Shown piece after piece: positions 54,207 to 56,635 of a DNA stretch of 56,635 nt. The notes under the pieces were generated by a model. The model had not been told where the DNA came from. It made no database searches and saw only the letters and a list, made by a program, of their open reading frames with translations. This DNA comes from a virus (Duplodnaviria > Caudoviricetes), in the IMG/VR virus record IMGVR_UViG_3300034356_000821, positions 1 through 56,635 of that record; one strand, written 5' to 3'. Made by a program: the position numbers and the translations under genes. The stretch's first letter is position 1. Each line of letters begins with the position of its first letter.

Positions 54207-55051
54207 ACATCACCCATGTTGTAGAGCATGGTTGCTGTCGCCAACAACTTGTTGTGATCAACCAATGCATCAAGCCAGCGCTGAGGGATACTGTCGTAGC
54301 CATACAAACGACCAGCAATCATGCCTGTCACAGCACCAACAGTATCAGCGTCACCGCCTTTGTTGATGGCATGAACAACAGCGTCTTCAAAGGAGTGTGT
54401 TGCACACACAGACTGCCATGCCGATGCATAGCAACCCATCACTGTGCCACTGTCTTCCCTGATACCCTTGTCGAACAGGGCTTGGTTGCCTGTAGTTGCA
54501 CCATCGAACAACTCTTCAGCCAATTGTGCTGTGTATGCTACGCAATTGGCAGTGCCATGAGTGAGCAAGCCACCAGCAACAGACTCAGCAATTGCCATCG
54601 TCTTGTTCGTGTGGTTGAACAAAATGTGTGGAGCCATTCGCATAGCGCTCCCATTACCATCTGTCATGAACGCACAAGAGCCACCATAGGGACGCTTGTT
54701 GGACGATGCGCTCAGCGCTTCAGCAGTAGTAGTTCCAATATCAAAACAATAATTTCTAGTACCGAAAGTTCCATTGTTTCTCCACTGCTTGAAGTTTTGG
54801 GCAATGATGCCGGGAGCAAAGCGTTTGTAGGTGAGGTAGGCATCGGCGATGCAGTTGCTCATGGCCCCATCATCGCTGTATTCTCCAACAGATGCATCGT
54901 GTACACCGCCACCAATCATGTCACGAACAGGTGATCCTGTGTTTGGTTCGGTGAACTCAAGAGCGATACCCATAGCATCACCAATATACAGACCCATGAA
55001 CATACCGATAGCATTGTTTTGATTCATAACATTGTTTGTGCTGTCTAACAT
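54203..55051 (-). CDS. ADP-ribosylglycohydrolase (DraG/ARH family)
   Basis: GDAMG..E, SDD, GNGSAMR, LTH, GGDADTVGAVTG. Confidence 0.93.
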   Translation of the reverse strand: MLDSTNNVMNQNNAIGMFMGLYIGDAMGIALEFTEPNTGSPVRDMIGGGVHDASVGEYSDDGAMSNCIADAYLTYKRFAPGIIAQNFKQWRNNGTFGTRNYCFDIGTTTAEALSASSNKRPYGGSCAFMTDGNGSAMRMAPHILFNHTNKTMAIAESVAGGLLTHGTANCVAYTAQLAEELFDGATTGNQALFDKGIREDSGTVMGCYASAWQSVCATHSFEDAVVHAINKGGDADTVGAVTGMIAGRLYGYDSIPQRWLDALVDHNKLLATATMLYNMGDV

Positions 55052-55148
55052 GAGCTATGTTAGATGTGTTGTTGATGTTGCATGTCTCTCCATGCTGTCA
55101 CCGATTGTCGTAACCAGAAGAACCCCATAGCGGTTAAGGCCATTGACG

Positions 55149-55988
55149 TTACGCTGTAACGTATTCGTCAGCAATGTTCCACAGTTCTGTGTTGATACGC
55201 ACAGCTTCCTTGATGGAGTTGACAGGTCGAGCCTTACGCATCACACCTTGAGGATGCACATCAGTGATGGACCTGATCAATGCATTGCCACGAACTACAC
55301 CTTCTTGGATGCGGTTGAACACAGTCCAAGCATCGTAGCCTCTGTCACCATCACGGCGTACACTCATCACATCCTTGACCGTCTGTGCCACAGCATAGGC
55401 ACCCTTGGCTTGACCAGTGTAGTCGTCCCAACGGGTAGCAACACCAGCAATAGCCATGTCATGTACATCACCAGTGGACAGTGACACACCACGCATCTTG
55501 TCAATGCGGCCCATCAAGGATGGCAGGGTAGCCACTGTGTTACGCAGCATCTCTTCAAAGCCGTTCAATGCTTTGCTGTGATAGATGCGAGACTGAAAGC
55601 CATCACCAGCCACGATGCCGTTGGAGCAGATGAAACGGAATGCACCAGCGAAGAGCTTCACACTACCACTACCATCATGAGAGTTGTACAAGATGATTTC
55701 AGGACGAATGTCATCAGCGGTGGCAAGGTCAACCACCTTGCTGAATGCCAACATGTGAGCAGCATGTAACGGGCTGGCCTTACGGCTACGTTTCTGTGCA
55801 GCCTGTGTCGGTACATAACCATAGTCTGCCATGATGGGCAGCACATCGCTTGTGTTGAGGGAGATGTAACGGTCGGTCAAGCGGTCTGCCTTGGTGACGC
55901 TGAATGCAGCAGGAGCACGTTGATGGATGGCTTCGATACTCAAGGCTGAGTTGTCGGCATTACGGGAGAAGATGACATGCTTAGACAT
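55149..55988 (-). CDS. DUF932 family protein
   Basis: NSHDGSGS, FRFICSNG, W.VFNRIQE, IN.ELW. Confidence 0.9.
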   Translation of the reverse strand: MSKHVIFSRNADNSALSIEAIHQRAPAAFSVTKADRLTDRYISLNTSDVLPIMADYGYVPTQAAQKRSRKASPLHAAHMLAFSKVVDLATADDIRPEIILYNSHDGSGSVKLFAGAFRFICSNGIVAGDGFQSRIYHSKALNGFEEMLRNTVATLPSLMGRIDKMRGVSLSTGDVHDMAIAGVATRWDDYTGQAKGAYAVAQTVKDVMSVRRDGDRGYDAWTVFNRIQEGVVRGNALIRSITDVHPQGVMRKARPVNSIKEAVRINTELWNIADEYVTA

Positions 55989-56036
55989 GATTGTTTCCTT
56001 ACGAGAGTTGTGGCAACATTGCCGGGTTGGGCCTTC

Positions 56037-56066
56037 AGTGTAAAGGCTTTCCAAATGGCTTGTCAA
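56037..56066 (-). promoter_or_regulatory. sigma70 promoter TTGACA-N18-TACACT
   Basis: Same spacer family as the other early promoters. Confidence 0.75.
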
Positions 56067-56092
56067 ATAAGCCATTCAGAAAACCCTACAAC

Positions 56093-56332
56093 TTAGTCGG
56101 GTTTGTCCTTCTTCACAAGCGGTGCAACCTCTGCCCATGCTTGCAAATGTATCACTTGATTTTTCATGTTCAGGCAGTAGCTGTACATGCCATCGATGTG
56201 GTCAAAAAACAACACTTCATCAATGCCTGTGCCATCCATCCACGGTAGCTTGATGTAGCTGCGAGGCTTCACCTTGTACAACTCACGCACTGGTAACAAA
56301 TCGTAGTCTGCAACATCTATTTCGCTAATCAT
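56093..56332 (-). CDS. Conserved small phage protein (FDHIDGMYSYC)
   Basis: Recognisable motif; AAGGA RBS. Confidence 0.75.
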   Translation of the reverse strand: MISEIDVADYDLLPVRELYKVKPRSYIKLPWMDGTGIDEVLFFDHIDGMYSYCLNMKNQVIHLQAWAEVAPLVKKDKPD

Positions 56333-56496
56333 TTTGTTTCCTTTTCAATGTCATTTTCCAAAGCTACAGCACCATCGATGTAGCCTTGCCTGTATTGCTT
56401 GTCTTCCCAACATCCTGTAGGGGTGAAGAAGGGACGCATCGGTTGGTTACGCAGGCCATGCATCCTGCCTAAAATATAGGCAACACTCTCACTCAT
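56329..56496 (-). CDS. Small protein, RMF-like pattern
   Basis: Read manually: AYILG..HG...YRQGYIDG. Confidence 0.6.
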   Translation of the reverse strand: MSESVAYILGRMHGLRNQPMRPFFTPTGCWEDKQYRQGYIDGAVALENDIEKETK

Positions 56497-56635
56497 CTCT
56501 GACCTTCACCAATGCATCAGCAATCTTGTATGCATAGCGGCTCAGTGCCAGCGGGTCTTCCACTGTCACACCAGAGGCAAGCACACCCTTCATCACCTCA
56601 AGCGAGAAGGTGTCACGCAGGGATGGCTCAGCCTT

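Overview
The window is an apparently complete, circularly assembled podovirus-type dsDNA phage genome of about 56.5 kb (positions 1-139 recur at 56497-56635). The Rz/Rz1 spanins and lipoproteins indicate a Gram-negative host. The plus-strand arm (6869-38153) carries small basic proteins, terminase, portal, scaffold, major capsid, short-tail proteins, a tail fibre, a lysis cassette and large internal/ejection proteins. The minus-strand arm (38203-56635 and 1-5827) carries tRNA genes, NrdAB, ThyX, RNA ligase, a T7-like primase-helicase/exonuclease/SSB set paired with a family B polymerase, a tyrosine recombinase, an ADP-ribosylglycohydrolase and many small early genes under sigma70 promoters. 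No phage RNA polymerase is visible. Best candidate new system: a peptide tag, [MFYL]-[ANQ]-x-G-G-x-[VA], occurs 15 times in six unrelated late proteins, and a protein with a 'LSEGEFV' domain sits in the portal-scaffold slot usually held by a prohead protease. The tags delimit candidate cargo modules, including an ADP-ribosyltransferase-like domain and a beta-barrel-like domain. A second layer is RNA structure: a ~200-nt multibranched RNA in an early leader, covarying GAA hairpins over early ribosome-binding sites, a repeated CC/YAC internal-loop operator upstream of the scaffold and capsid genes, two pseudoknots and a D-arm-deficient tRNA-like RNA. Family assignments come from motif recognition by eye, not database searches.
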